From: Bacteroidota bacterium
GTDB lineage: Bacteria > Bacteroidota > JABWAT01
NCBI GenBank assembly: GCA_017303995.1
Contig: JAFLBE010000007.1
Span: 26,163 to 90,162 of the forward strand
Length of the DNA stretch: 64,000 bases
Direction of reading: 5' to 3'
The position numbers and the translations under genes were made by a program. Below the pieces are notes generated by a model, which did not search any database, was not told where the DNA came from, and was given only the letters and a program-made list of their open reading frames with translations. Shown here in pieces: positions 28,828 to 38,462 of this stretch (position 1 is the first letter of the stretch; each line of letters starts with the position of its first letter).

Positions 28828-30443
28828 ACCAGGAAAACGGGATTCGTAAACGCAATCAACGGATCTTGTGATCGCTGATAATAAAAATCTCCCAATTTTC
28901 CTTCAACCTCAATTCTGAAGTACAGGCTTCCTTCCGGAAGCCTGATTCCGGAAAAATCAAGTTCGAAATCTAAGCAATTTGCTTCCGGAACTTTAACCCT
29001 AACTTCAATCTCCTGCCCAGTTGTTCCAAAATAAATTCTCACTTCTTCAATTGAACCAAATTCACCCGTTGTTTTGGTTTTTAATACTATCGTTTTAAAC
29101 CGTTCTGCTCCTAATTCTGATCCAAACAGGAGATCAGGAATCTTTTCCGTTTTTAAAAGAAGAGCAATGCCGTTTGTCAGATAAGAATGACCCGCTTTCA
29201 ATGCAGACAGAATGCTTTGTTCATTCTTTTCCTGAGATTGAACTACCGTCCTGAATTTTCCAAACCAGTGAGAATCCTTTTCAGTGATTGAAAAAAAAGG
29301 AAGCTTTATTTGTCTGACCCGATTGAAATTGCCATGGGAATCATTTCCTCCACCAATTAGTGTTCGGTTTCCGGCAAGCAGAAAATGAATCCAGATTTGC
29401 CGGGATTTTTGAAAAGCTTCACCTAACCACCCATTTAATATCTGCAAAGGAATTTGGGTGGTGAGCAAATCATGTTCAGTGTAAATTCCCCGGTTTAAAG
29501 TTAATTTTTCTGGCGTTGACGGGGTCTCAAAAGGGTGAGCAGCAAAGGCAGTTGTTTGCGGATCTAGCCGTCCAAGAGCCTCACTCAAAGTTGTTTCGGG
29601 TTTTGTTTTAAACGGAATTTCACCGCCGTCTCCCGATCCGTGAATAAAAGTGGTTTGCCCAAGTAAAAGCAGGTGAACATTTTCACCGGATTGATTTCCG
29701 GTACTTAACTCAAAGCCAGGAATTAAAAGAGTACCGTCCTTTTGCCCGTTTAATTCAGAAACTTCTTTATTGAATTGTTTCCACTTTTCAAGTTCCGGAT
29801 CCTGTTTTAAATAGTTATCCGGAAGATCATCAAGATCATAAGAGTGATCAGTCAGACAAAGAAAATCGTAACCCAAAACATTTGCTGCTGATTTTGAAAG
29901 TGGAATTCCGCCCCCAAATTCAACCTGATCAAAGGTATACCGGGTATGATGATGAAGATCGCCATGTTGCTGATTTAAAAACTTTGGAAAAGGTTCAGAT
30001 GAAACCCAGACTGTAAACGGTTTTTTGGAAGTTGACCGGTAATTATCAGATACTGCATGAAATGATTTATTACGGTTTTTGCCTATTAATTCTGCACTTA
30101 TTTCCCACTTACCCGATTGGGTGAGCAGAATCGGAAAAATCTGTTCATAATAATTGGATGAAATTTCTGCATCAACATTAAAATAAAAATTTTCCCTGAC
30201 GTCAAGTAATGAATGGTAGCAAGTAAAGGTGACTGAAGAAATTTGAATCGGGAATAGATGTGCATCGTTGATGAGCAGAAATATGGGTAACTTTCCTTCT
30301 GGTTCTGTTCTTACCGGCATATCAAAAATGATTTCAGGTTCACGACGGAAGAGCCGGCTTGGTAAAAGGGGAATTCTGAAATGAATTTCAGCATATCCAA
30401 TAAGCGGAAATCCAATTGTAAGCAGCCAGAGAAGTTCGGTCAT
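28824..30443 (-). CDS. Secreted/membrane-anchored PHP-domain metal-dependent phosphoesterase-like protein with extra N- and C-terminal domains
   Basis: PHP-like motif series GDLHHHT, CLTDHSY, AAHPF, GGGNDSHG. Hydrophobic N-terminus. Assignment is by motif reading only. Confidence 0.5.
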   Translation of the reverse strand: MTELLWLLTIGFPLIGYAEIHFRIPLLPSRLFRREPEIIFDMPVRTEPEGKLPIFLLINDAHLFPIQISSVTFTCYHSLLDVRENFYFNVDAEISSNYYEQIFPILLTQSGKWEISAELIGKNRNKSFHAVSDNYRSTSKKPFTVWVSSEPFPKFLNQQHGDLHHHTRYTFDQVEFGGGIPLSKSAANVLGYDFLCLTDHSYDLDDLPDNYLKQDPELEKWKQFNKEVSELNGQKDGTLLIPGFELSTGNQSGENVHLLLLGQTTFIHGSGDGGEIPFKTKPETTLSEALGRLDPQTTAFAAHPFETPSTPEKLTLNRGIYTEHDLLTTQIPLQILNGWLGEAFQKSRQIWIHFLLAGNRTLIGGGNDSHGNFNRVRQIKLPFFSITEKDSHWFGKFRTVVQSQEKNEQSILSALKAGHSYLTNGIALLLKTEKIPDLLFGSELGAERFKTIVLKTKTTGEFGSIEEVRIYFGTTGQEIEVRVKVPEANCLDFELDFSGIRLPEGSLYFRIEVEGKLGDFYYQRSQDPLIAFTNPVFLV

Positions 30444-30509
30444 CCGTAGGGTCAGGTTTTAATAAGTGAGCAATAAATTGTATATTTCCGAAAATATAGG
30501 ATTTACGAA

Positions 30510-31139
30510 ATGGGCAAACAAGTCATTATCATTGATCATCCCCTAATTAAGAGAAATATTTCAATTTTAAGGGATAAAACGACGCCGGTAAATCAATTCC
30601 GTGATACCGTGACTGAACTTTCTACTCTGATGGCGTACGAAGTCACCAAGGATATTAATGTTCAGACTTATGAAATTCATACCCCACTTGAAAAAACGGA
30701 GGGGTATTTCGTTTCTGATCAGATTGTAATCATTCCTATTCTAAGAGCCGGTTTGGGTATTTTAGATGGATTTTTGAAATTTCTGCATGAAGCACGGGTT
30801 GGAATGTTAGGGTTATACAGAGACCACCGTACTCATGAACCCGTAGAGTATTATTCAAACATTCCTTCTGGTATCGAAAACTCAGTGGTAATTTTAATTG
30901 ATCCCATGCTTGCAACCGGTGGCAGTGCCATCATGGCTGTAGATTATTTGAAAAAGCTTGGTGCAAAAAAGATAAAATTTGTTTGTCTGATTGCTGCTCC
31001 AGAGGGTATTGAAGCTTTTCATACCAAACATCCATCAGTTCCGGTGTTTACTGCTTCTGTTGACAGGTGTCTGAATCACAATAAATACATTCTTCCGGGT
31101 CTGGGTGATGCGGGTGATCGTTTTTTTGGTACAATGTAA
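30510..31139 (+). CDS. upp: Uracil phosphoribosyltransferase
   Basis: IIDHPLIKRNISILRDK N-terminus, PRPP-binding ILIDPMLATGGS. 209 aa. Confidence 0.95.
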   Translation: MGKQVIIIDHPLIKRNISILRDKTTPVNQFRDTVTELSTLMAYEVTKDINVQTYEIHTPLEKTEGYFVSDQIVIIPILRAGLGILDGFLKFLHEARVGMLGLYRDHRTHEPVEYYSNIPSGIENSVVILIDPMLATGGSAIMAVDYLKKLGAKKIKFVCLIAAPEGIEAFHTKHPSVPVFTASVDRCLNHNKYILPGLGDAGDRFFGTM

Positions 31140-31161
31140 CTAACTGCAATTTTTTTTAAAA

Positions 31162-31572
31162 TCAATCTATAATCACTGGGGTTATTTGAATTGCATGAAC
31201 TGGTGGCAGATAATCTTTAGCCATCAGGTAACAAACCGCAAATAAAGCAGCATCATCAATCTGACCCACAATTGGATAAAAATCGGGACTTAGTTCTATA
31301 GGCTGGTAGATAAAAAAAAGTGTAAAAATGATCGCTTCAATAACCGGAAAGGGAACATCCTTTCTTTTACCCTGATTGTAATCTTTTACCAGTTTGAGTA
31401 CATTATCCAATTCCGGAATCCAATCCTGAAATTTAGAATGGTGACTCAGTATCGTCCTGATACGCTCCTCATTTTCCGTAATTCTGTGAATATCTTCAGG
31501 TTTTATTCGTTTTGAATTCCGGGTAATAAAATCAGGACTAATCCGGGTTAAATACTGGTTGAAATCATTCAT
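31162..31572 (-). CDS. DUF1232/YkvA-family small membrane protein
   Basis: LSPDFYPIVGQIDDAALFAVCYLMA matches the DxIPDFIPxxGxxDD signature of DUF1232. Confidence 0.5.
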   Translation of the reverse strand: MNDFNQYLTRISPDFITRNSKRIKPEDIHRITENEERIRTILSHHSKFQDWIPELDNVLKLVKDYNQGKRKDVPFPVIEAIIFTLFFIYQPIELSPDFYPIVGQIDDAALFAVCYLMAKDYLPPVHAIQITPVIID

Positions 31573-31835
31573 AATTGCTCTGTCTGTGTAGTTTCGATTG
31601 CGATTTGATGTAAAGTTAATAAAAACATAGATTTTGAAACAGAGATGTAAAAAGAATTAACAGATATCTAATCAATACTGAATTATCATGTTGATCCTTG
31701 GAAATTAAGCTGACATTTCATATATTAATCAAATTCGTAGTATAATGTTTCATAAGTACAGGATTTTAAAGGGTTTTGACTCTGTTTAGCAGGTATTACC
31801 CAAAGTCATTTTCTGTGCAAATTTCGGGATCAAAA

Positions 31836-33209
31836 ATGAAGTTTTGGATAAAAAACAGTTTGGTTATTTTACTGGCAGGAATTCTTGTTGTTCCTGTTTC
31901 AGCCAAGTCAGCCAAAAGCAGAAAATCTGCTCCTGCTGTTCCGAAACTATCCTCTTTTCGTATTGATGATGTATATACCGACAGTATTAAATATCAAATC
32001 GTTGCCGATTTACTTGATAAAACACTTCGCCAAAAGGCTTACCGCAAAACCCGTTTTGGTATTCAGATTCAGGATGAATTGGGTAACCCTGTTTTCAGCC
32101 TGAACTCAAATTTTAAACTTAAGCCTGCCTCGACCCTTAAAATTGTTACCACTGCCGTTGCACTGGAAAAACTAGGACCAGATTTCCGTTATAAAACGGT
32201 AATTTCAACTGATGGTGAACTTGAAAATGGCATTCTTGATGGCAACCTGATTATTCACGGAACCGCTGACCCGCAACTATCCGGTTATTTCGATGGTGAA
32301 GTCATTTCAATCACTTCTGCCTGGGCCAATCAGATTCAGGAAATGGGTATTTCAAAAATTACAGGTTCTGTTTTCCTCGACAATTCCTACTACGCTGATG
32401 AAAACGGTAATGTCAAAACCAGGTTTGTTACAGTTGCCATGTTTGATCAGGCTGCAAAAAGCCAGCTTACCCAAACTGTAAAAAACAAAAAGGGTAAAGA
32501 AGTTAAAAGAAAAATTCGCCTCAGACGGTCTTCTTCCAGAAAACTTGTTCAAGTGAATATGAATCAATATCTCGGCAACTTGTTAACTTCAGAACTATAC
32601 AAAAGAAATCTGATTGAAACCAAAGAAGCTGAAACTGACTTTGACCTGCCAAAAGACATCCATCTTTCTGCACTTATTGTTCATGAGTCTGACCCATTAA
32701 GTGAGATCATCACCAGAACCAACAAGAAAAGTGATAACTTTTATGCTGATCAACTGGTTAGAACGCTCGGATATGAATTTTTGGGGACAGGAAATATTGA
32801 AGCGGGAATCAGAGTTATTGAAGGGTTTCTTCGTTTTCACATGAACATCAATGAATCAGAATATGATATGACAGACGGTTCTGGCCTAAGTCATGATAAT
32901 CAAATGTCAGCCAAAGTGCTGACCCGGATTCTGTCTTATATGTCAACTTCTACGCCAAACCGTGATTATTTTTACAACTCTCTTTCCATTCCAACTGTTG
33001 ACGGAACGCTTGCCAACCGCATCCACCATCCACTTGCAGAAAACATGAGAGGGAAAACCGGTTCAATCTCGGGCGTTGTAAGTCTAACGGGTTACATTTC
33101 GAGTAACTCAGGGAAAAATCTGGTTTTCAGTATTATGTGCAATGGCGGAAGTTCACGCAGGCTTAAATCTCTGGAAGATGAAATCTGTAAGTTATTGCTG
33201 AACCTTTGA
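31836..33209 (+). CDS. dacB: D-alanyl-D-alanine carboxypeptidase/endopeptidase (PBP4, peptidase S13)
   Basis: Signal peptide, ASTLK active-site serine motif, SDN-like motif (KKSDNFYAD), KTG (RGKTGS). The start was moved to MKFWIKN. Confidence 0.8.
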   Translation: MKFWIKNSLVILLAGILVVPVSAKSAKSRKSAPAVPKLSSFRIDDVYTDSIKYQIVADLLDKTLRQKAYRKTRFGIQIQDELGNPVFSLNSNFKLKPASTLKIVTTAVALEKLGPDFRYKTVISTDGELENGILDGNLIIHGTADPQLSGYFDGEVISITSAWANQIQEMGISKITGSVFLDNSYYADENGNVKTRFVTVAMFDQAAKSQLTQTVKNKKGKEVKRKIRLRRSSSRKLVQVNMNQYLGNLLTSELYKRNLIETKEAETDFDLPKDIHLSALIVHESDPLSEIITRTNKKSDNFYADQLVRTLGYEFLGTGNIEAGIRVIEGFLRFHMNINESEYDMTDGSGLSHDNQMSAKVLTRILSYMSTSTPNRDYFYNSLSIPTVDGTLANRIHHPLAENMRGKTGSISGVVSLTGYISSNSGKNLVFSIMCNGGSSRRLKSLEDEICKLLLNL

Positions 33210-33250
33210 TCCACTTGAGTTAAATTCCCAACAGGTTGCATTTCCACACT

Positions 33251-33299
33251 GTCATCCCCGTGAAGACGGGATAATGAAGTTCTGCGAAGCCATCCCGTA
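33251..33299. repeat. TGTCATCC-family element: GTCATCCCCGTGAAGACGGGAT plus an AAGTTCTGCGAAGCC module inside an ACGGGAT/ATCCCGT hairpin
   Basis: Read directly. The AAGTTCTGCGAAGC module is also at 58068-58082 and, as AGTTCTGCGATGCC, at 8878-8891. Confidence 0.65.
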
Positions 33300-33488
33300 T
33301 TAAGAGCATTGATCCAAGATCCCCAAAACGTTCGGGGTAAGCTAAGTCTCCAGGTTTCACCGGATCCGCGGTTCGTAAACGAACCTTGGACGGGAAGACA
33401 TCTGATTCAGAATCCTAATTGCATACCTATTTTCTCGCTTACCTTTAGTTCTAACTAACCTCTTAATCCCTATAACCCATTTTTCTTG

Positions 33489-34292
33489 CTACTGCTGATT
33501 TTCCATGGCAGGCTTATCAATTTCACGGTATTCAAAGCGGTGATGATATTGTCTTGTTGCTTTAATTCCTGACCGGTAATCGATCATTTCAAGAAAACTC
33601 TTTCCTGTTATCTTTTTTGATAACTTCAATAAAGGTGATCCAGAATTTGCATCAAAAAGTTCGACAAAATAATTCAAAGAATCAGTAGCTGTTTTAATAT
33701 TAACGGTAAATGGATTCAAGTATTTCAAAGAGTCTGTATTCATATCAAGTAAAGTAACTTCTTTACCGCCAGGGAACCCATTTTTCAGATAAACATTCCA
33801 CTTTGATAAAAATCGGGTATCTACAAGAAAGGTGTCAGGTAATTCCTGCTTCGTTTCATTTACAAATTCTTCACGGATTTTATTCCGGCTGCGCATAAAA
33901 TTCTCCTGAAAGGATGCATAGAGTCCGTTTGACAAAACACTGTCATTGCCGGTCCATCTTGATGTGTCCATTCTGAAAACTTCAAAATGACTCCAAATGT
34001 GCCTTCTCGTGGTTGAATCTGTTACAAGCCGGTAACCCGAATGCACAGAAGTGTCTCCGGGGTGCTTAAACCGAATTTCAAAATAGTCATAATTTCCAGC
34101 TTTGTAATATTGGTAAAGTTCAGTTCCTACGGTGTCTCCTTCAAGATTGGTGATCAGGTAAGAGGCTTCCTGTTCAAGCCACAAAGAAGGTAGTTTGAAA
34201 GTATAAGGAACACCAACATTTTTTAGATTATATATGATAAGGAAAGCAATACCCATTAAAACGAGAATCGAAACCCTGATAATGTATTTCAT
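33489..34292 (-). CDS. Hypothetical N-terminally anchored/exported protein
   Basis: 267-aa ORF with an N-terminal TM/signal segment and no recognisable motif. It is convergent with dacB. Confidence 0.5.
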   Translation of the reverse strand: MKYIIRVSILVLMGIAFLIIYNLKNVGVPYTFKLPSLWLEQEASYLITNLEGDTVGTELYQYYKAGNYDYFEIRFKHPGDTSVHSGYRLVTDSTTRRHIWSHFEVFRMDTSRWTGNDSVLSNGLYASFQENFMRSRNKIREEFVNETKQELPDTFLVDTRFLSKWNVYLKNGFPGGKEVTLLDMNTDSLKYLNPFTVNIKTATDSLNYFVELFDANSGSPLLKLSKKITGKSFLEMIDYRSGIKATRQYHHRFEYREIDKPAMENQQ

Positions 34293-34574
34293 GATTTAAA
34301 CCAGACAACTAATAAAATAAATGGCAAAGTTAATTAAAACAGACGACTTTTCACTGTGAACATGCGGGATGGAGATCTGATTCCCTATTTTTTCAAATTG
34401 AATTTAAATGCAGTTAAATTTTGTATTTTGGTCAAATGTCAAAACTTTACTTTTTAAAGTTTCAAAAATCAGAATAATAATTTGTGATAATGGATAAATG
34501 ACAAATATAATATTGTGTTATGATCCAAATCGACGAAAAGAAGGGATTAAAACTGAGAAAAAACGGAGATGTTT

Positions 34575-34603
34575 GTTGACATGCTGAGAATCCTTTCTTA
34601 TTA
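34575..34603 (+). promoter_or_regulatory. Sigma-70-like promoter TTGACA-N17-TATTAT(TG) for the ilv-leu leader
   Basis: ttgaca at 34575-80, 17-nt spacer, tattat at 34598-603. Same TATTATTG extended -10 as the cys promoter at 76-104. Confidence 0.45.
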
Positions 34604-34655
34604 TTGCCTAAGCAATTAAGAAAAACACGACAACAACTTTACTTTCTTAAACAAT

Positions 34656-34799
34656 ATGAACCATATGCAAACATACTCTTCCGCAATACCGGTCGACTCC
34701 GCATATGGAAATTCATTGCCCTATTTTATCAACCTACCGAACCTTCTGCTTCTTGTGGGCCTTACTATTCTACTTCTTGGTATTATTACCCTGAAATAA
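34656..34799 (+). promoter_or_regulatory. Candidate branched-chain-amino-acid leader peptide (47 aa: MNHMQTYSSAIPVDSAYGNSLPYFINLPNLLLLVGLTILLLGIITLK) upstream of ilvB
   Basis: My own translation; the ORF is below the track's size cut-off. 15 of the last 18 codons are Leu/Ile/Val. It starts ~50 nt after the promoter, and a ggtcagcct...aggctgacc hairpin (34809-34855) follows. Confidence 0.4.
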
Positions 34800-35128
34800 G
34801 AACATAGTGGTCAGCCTGCATAACCCGATTTAACAACAAAACAAAAAGGCTGACCAGCCTGAAGAACCAGCCGGAACGGCAGACCCAGATTTCATTTTTG
34901 AACTGAGGTTTTTATGTTTGACTGGATGTTTGTTTCACCTGATTCCTGCAAACGAATGCAGAATGAAGATTTGTTTTGCCCCGCCCGGCATTCCAGATCT
35001 GCCTGCTATTCTTCCCCAAGTATTTCTGCATTAAACATCCCGGTTCAGACTTCAGCCACACTTCCCGATTTTATTTTTCAATTATCAAATAGCCTGTTAA
35101 GCAGCGTAAATAATCAACGGAGTCAAGT

Positions 35129-36856
35129 ATGAGCCAGACACACCGTGAAATGAACGGAGCCGAAATTTTTCTGGAATCACTTAGAAAAGAGGGCGTGGAT
35201 ATCATTTTTGGATATCCGGGCGGAGCTGTTCTAGGGATTTATGATAAACTTTATGACTGTGATTTTATCCACCACATCCTGGTTCGTCATGAGCAGGGAG
35301 CTGCACATATGGCAGAAGGTTATGCAAAAGCAACCGGGAAAGTCGGCGTAGTACTGGTGACTTCAGGTCCGGGTGCAACCAACACAGTTACAGGAATTGC
35401 TGATGCTTATATGGATTCAATTCCCATCGTGGTTTTTACGGGTCAGGTTCCGTCAAAATTGATTGGAAATGATGCTTTTCAGGAAGCTGATATTGTCGGA
35501 ATCACCCGTCCAATCACCAAACACAATTTTCTCGTTCGTGAAGTTGATGAACTCGCTTCTACGATTAAAAAAGCATTTTTCATTGCTTCAACAGGACGGC
35601 CTGGTCCTGTTCTGGTTGATATGCCCAAAGATATGCTGGCTAAAATTACCAAGTTTATCTATCCGGATCATGTTGAAATCCGGGGTTACAAACCCACCTA
35701 TTCGGGACATTCCCAGCAAATCAAAAAAGCAGCAAATGCGTTAAGAAAAGCAAAACGCCCGCTTCTTTATGTTGGCGGCGGTGTTGTGATGTCAAATGCA
35801 GACCGTGAACTCACTTTGCTTGCCCGTGAAACCGGCATCCCGGTCACGATGACCCTTCAGGGGTTGGGTTCCTTCCCGATGACAGATGATTTGTCTCTGG
35901 GCATGTTGGGCATGCATGGTACTTTCTGGGCGAACATGGCTACTGAAAATTGTGATCTTCTGATTTCTCTGGGTGCCCGTTTTGATGATCGGGTGACAGG
36001 AAATACAGAAACTTTTGCAAAAGATGCCTATAAAATCCAGGTTGATATTGATCCGACTGCAATTGACAAAAATGTTAAAGTTGATCTGCCGATTGTGGGT
36101 GACCTTAAAAATGTTCTGGCTGAACTTCTCACCGAATTGGCTGAAAAACCGGTTACAACAGATTTTACAGACTGGTGGTCGATGATCACCAAGTGGAAGG
36201 ATGCATGTCCGCTTGAATTTGAAAATTCTGATGGCAAACTTCGTGCACAATATGTGCTTCAGCGGTTATCCAAAATGACTAAAGGTGAAGCAGTAGTGGT
36301 CACCGATGTGGGTCAGCATCAGATGTGGACGACCCAATGGTACGAATTCAACCATCCGCGGTCACACATCACTTCCGGAGGACTGGGAACCATGGGATTT
36401 TCAGTTCCGGCAGCAATTGGTGCAGCTTTTGCGATTAAAGACCGTCCGGTTATTTCAATTTCCGGTGATGGCGGATTTCAGATGAATATGCAGGAGCTGA
36501 TAACGGCTGCTGCGTATAAACTTCCCATCAAATTTATCATTCTGAATAACAGTTTTCTGGGAATGGTTCGCCAATGGCAGGATTTGTTCTACAAGGAAAA
36601 ATACAGTTTTACTGATTTGTCAAAAACAAATCCGAACTTTGTAAAAGTTGCAGAAGCTTTCGGTTGCAAAGCCATGTCTACAGACAATCCGGCAGAAGTT
36701 GACGGGTTGATCAATGAAATGATGGAATATAATGACGGACCTGTTCTGGTTGAATTTAAGGTGGTGAAAGAGGAGATGGTGTTCCCGATGGTTCCGTCGG
36801 GTGGTTCCATACGTGACATCATGGTAAAGCGTCTTGATCCGAACCGGCTCGTTTAA
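35129..36856 (+). CDS. ilvB: Acetolactate synthase large subunit (TPP-dependent)
   Basis: TPP enzyme domains and GDGGFQMN thiamine-binding motif. 575 aa. Confidence 0.95.
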   Translation: MSQTHREMNGAEIFLESLRKEGVDIIFGYPGGAVLGIYDKLYDCDFIHHILVRHEQGAAHMAEGYAKATGKVGVVLVTSGPGATNTVTGIADAYMDSIPIVVFTGQVPSKLIGNDAFQEADIVGITRPITKHNFLVREVDELASTIKKAFFIASTGRPGPVLVDMPKDMLAKITKFIYPDHVEIRGYKPTYSGHSQQIKKAANALRKAKRPLLYVGGGVVMSNADRELTLLARETGIPVTMTLQGLGSFPMTDDLSLGMLGMHGTFWANMATENCDLLISLGARFDDRVTGNTETFAKDAYKIQVDIDPTAIDKNVKVDLPIVGDLKNVLAELLTELAEKPVTTDFTDWWSMITKWKDACPLEFENSDGKLRAQYVLQRLSKMTKGEAVVVTDVGQHQMWTTQWYEFNHPRSHITSGGLGTMGFSVPAAIGAAFAIKDRPVISISGDGGFQMNMQELITAAAYKLPIKFIILNNSFLGMVRQWQDLFYKEKYSFTDLSKTNPNFVKVAEAFGCKAMSTDNPAEVDGLINEMMEYNDGPVLVEFKVVKEEMVFPMVPSGGSIRDIMVKRLDPNRLV

Positions 36857-36877
36857 GTCATGGAAACAGGTAAACCT

Positions 36878-37393
36878 ATGAAAAAAATTATATCCGTATT
36901 AGTTGAAAACAAATTTGGCGCTTTGAACCGGGTTGCAACCATGTTCAGTGGCCGTGGCTTCAATATCCATTCCATTTCCATCGGGGTTACTGAAGATCCT
37001 GAAGTATCACGGATGACGATTGTGACTTCCGGTGAAGCAAACATTCTTGATCAGGTTATCAAGCAATTAAACCGGCTTATTGATATTATTAAAGTGATCG
37101 ATTTGTCTGCAGAACATCATGTTGCCCGTGAACTTGCCATGATTTCAGTGAATTACCAGAAGGGAATCCGTTCTGAAATTATGAATATCTGCGAAGTCTT
37201 TCAGGGAAAAGTCGTTGATATCACCATCAAGTCCATTACGATCGAAGTTACCGGACCGCCTGATAAAATCGATGCCATTATCAATATGTTAACTCCTTAC
37301 GGAATCAAAGATGTTGCCCGTTCAGGACTTGTTGCCCTGAAAAGAGAAGAACAAATTATTATCAAACCGAAAAAAGAAGTCACCATTTCGTGA
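36878..37393 (+). CDS. ilvN: Acetolactate synthase small (regulatory) subunit, ACT domain
   Basis: ISVLVENKFGALNRVATMFSGRGFNI ACT motif. The start is at MKKII (aggt 7 nt upstream); the alternative is M36860. Confidence 0.85.
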   Translation: MKKIISVLVENKFGALNRVATMFSGRGFNIHSISIGVTEDPEVSRMTIVTSGEANILDQVIKQLNRLIDIIKVIDLSAEHHVARELAMISVNYQKGIRSEIMNICEVFQGKVVDITIKSITIEVTGPPDKIDAIINMLTPYGIKDVARSGLVALKREEQIIIKPKKEVTIS

Positions 37394-37439
37394 TTGCTTC
37401 TTGAAAACTCAATTTTAAACAAACAACGAAGGACAACCC

Positions 37440-38456
37440 ATGAAAGTGTATTACAGTGATGACGCCTCCCTTGATAATCTTAAAGGGAAAAAAGTTGCCG
37501 TTATCGGTTTCGGAAGTCAGGGACACGCACATTCCCTGAACCTGATGGACAGCGGAATGAATGTTACCGTTGGATTACGGAAAGAAAGTGCAAGCTGGGC
37601 AAAAGCTGAAGCTGCCGGTCTTGCTGTAAAAACAGTTTCTGATGCTTCTGCATGGGCCGATATCATCATGATTTTGCTTCCTGATCAGACTCAAAAAGCT
37701 GTTTATGATGCTGAAATTGCACCTCACTTGACTGCCGGAAAAACCCTGGCTTTTGCACACGGATTCAATATTCACTTCAAGGTTATTGTTCCTCCCGCAA
37801 ATGTGAACGTGATCATGATTGCACCCAAAAGCCCCGGTCACCTGGTTCGCCGTACTTACGTTCAGGGCAATGGTGTTCCTTGTTTGATTGCTATTCATCA
37901 GGATGCAACCGGCAATGCTTTGGCTTTGGCTTTGGCCTGGTCAAAGGGAATTGGCGGAACCTTCGCTGGTGTAATTGAAACTACTTTCAAAGATGAAACT
38001 GAAACTGATTTGTTTGGCGAGCAGGCTGTTCTTTGCGGCGGATCTGCAGAAATCATCAAAGCAGGTTTTGAGACTCTGGTTGAAGCAGGTTACCCAGCTG
38101 AACTGGCTTATTTCGAATGTATGCACGAACTGAAACTGATCGTTGACCTGTATTATGAAGGCGGACTTACCCGCATGAACTATTCAGTTTCTGATACCGC
38201 AGAATATGGTGGAATGACCCGCGGACCACGTCTGGTTACCGGCGAAACCAAAAAAGAAATGAAGAAAATTCTGGAAGAAATCCAATCCGGCCAATTTGCA
38301 AAAGAATTTTTGGCTGAAACCAATGGCGACAAAGCCAATTTTGAAAAGCTCCGGAAAGAAAACCGTGAACATCCGATTGAAAAAGTTGGAACCAAACTTC
38401 GCGGAATGATGAGCTTCCTGTTCAAAAAAGACAAACGTGAAGAAGTAGGCGTTTAA
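37440..38456 (+). CDS. ilvC: Ketol-acid reductoisomerase (class I)
   Basis: [20 protein letters not shown] motif, [11 protein letters not shown]. 338 aa. Confidence 0.95.
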   Translation: MKVYYSDDASLDNLKGKKVAVIGFGSQGHAHSLNLMDSGMNVTVGLRKESASWAKAEAAGLAVKTVSDASAWADIIMILLPDQTQKAVYDAEIAPHLTAGKTLAFAHGFNIHFKVIVPPANVNVIMIAPKSPGHLVRRTYVQGNGVPCLIAIHQDATGNALALALAWSKGIGGTFAGVIETTFKDETETDLFGEQAVLCGGSAEIIKAGFETLVEAGYPAELAYFECMHELKLIVDLYYEGGLTRMNYSVSDTAEYGGMTRGPRLVTGETKKEMKKILEEIQSGQFAKEFLAETNGDKANFEKLRKENREHPIEKVGTKLRGMMSFLFKKDKREEVGV

Positions 38457-38462
38457 TAACCA

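Noticed and set aside
33210-33488. Whether the dacB 3' spacer or the TGTCATCC copies are IS element ends or an integrase att site.
   Set aside because: No transposase or integrase ORF anywhere in the window and no long terminal inverted repeats; the elements are too short (30-50 bp).
28824-34292. Mixed-orientation block 28824-34292 (PHP protein, upp, DUF1232, dacB, hypothetical) as a possible defence or mobile island.
   Set aside because: No nuclease, methyltransferase, toxin or recombinase motifs were identified. The genes look like unrelated housekeeping or envelope functions.
34604-35132. Track ORFs 34604..34807 and 34914..35132 in the ilvB upstream region.
   Set aside because: Neither shows motifs. 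The region is better explained as a promoter plus leader peptide (different frame, 34656-34799) plus hairpins. 34914..35132 would overlap the ilvB start.
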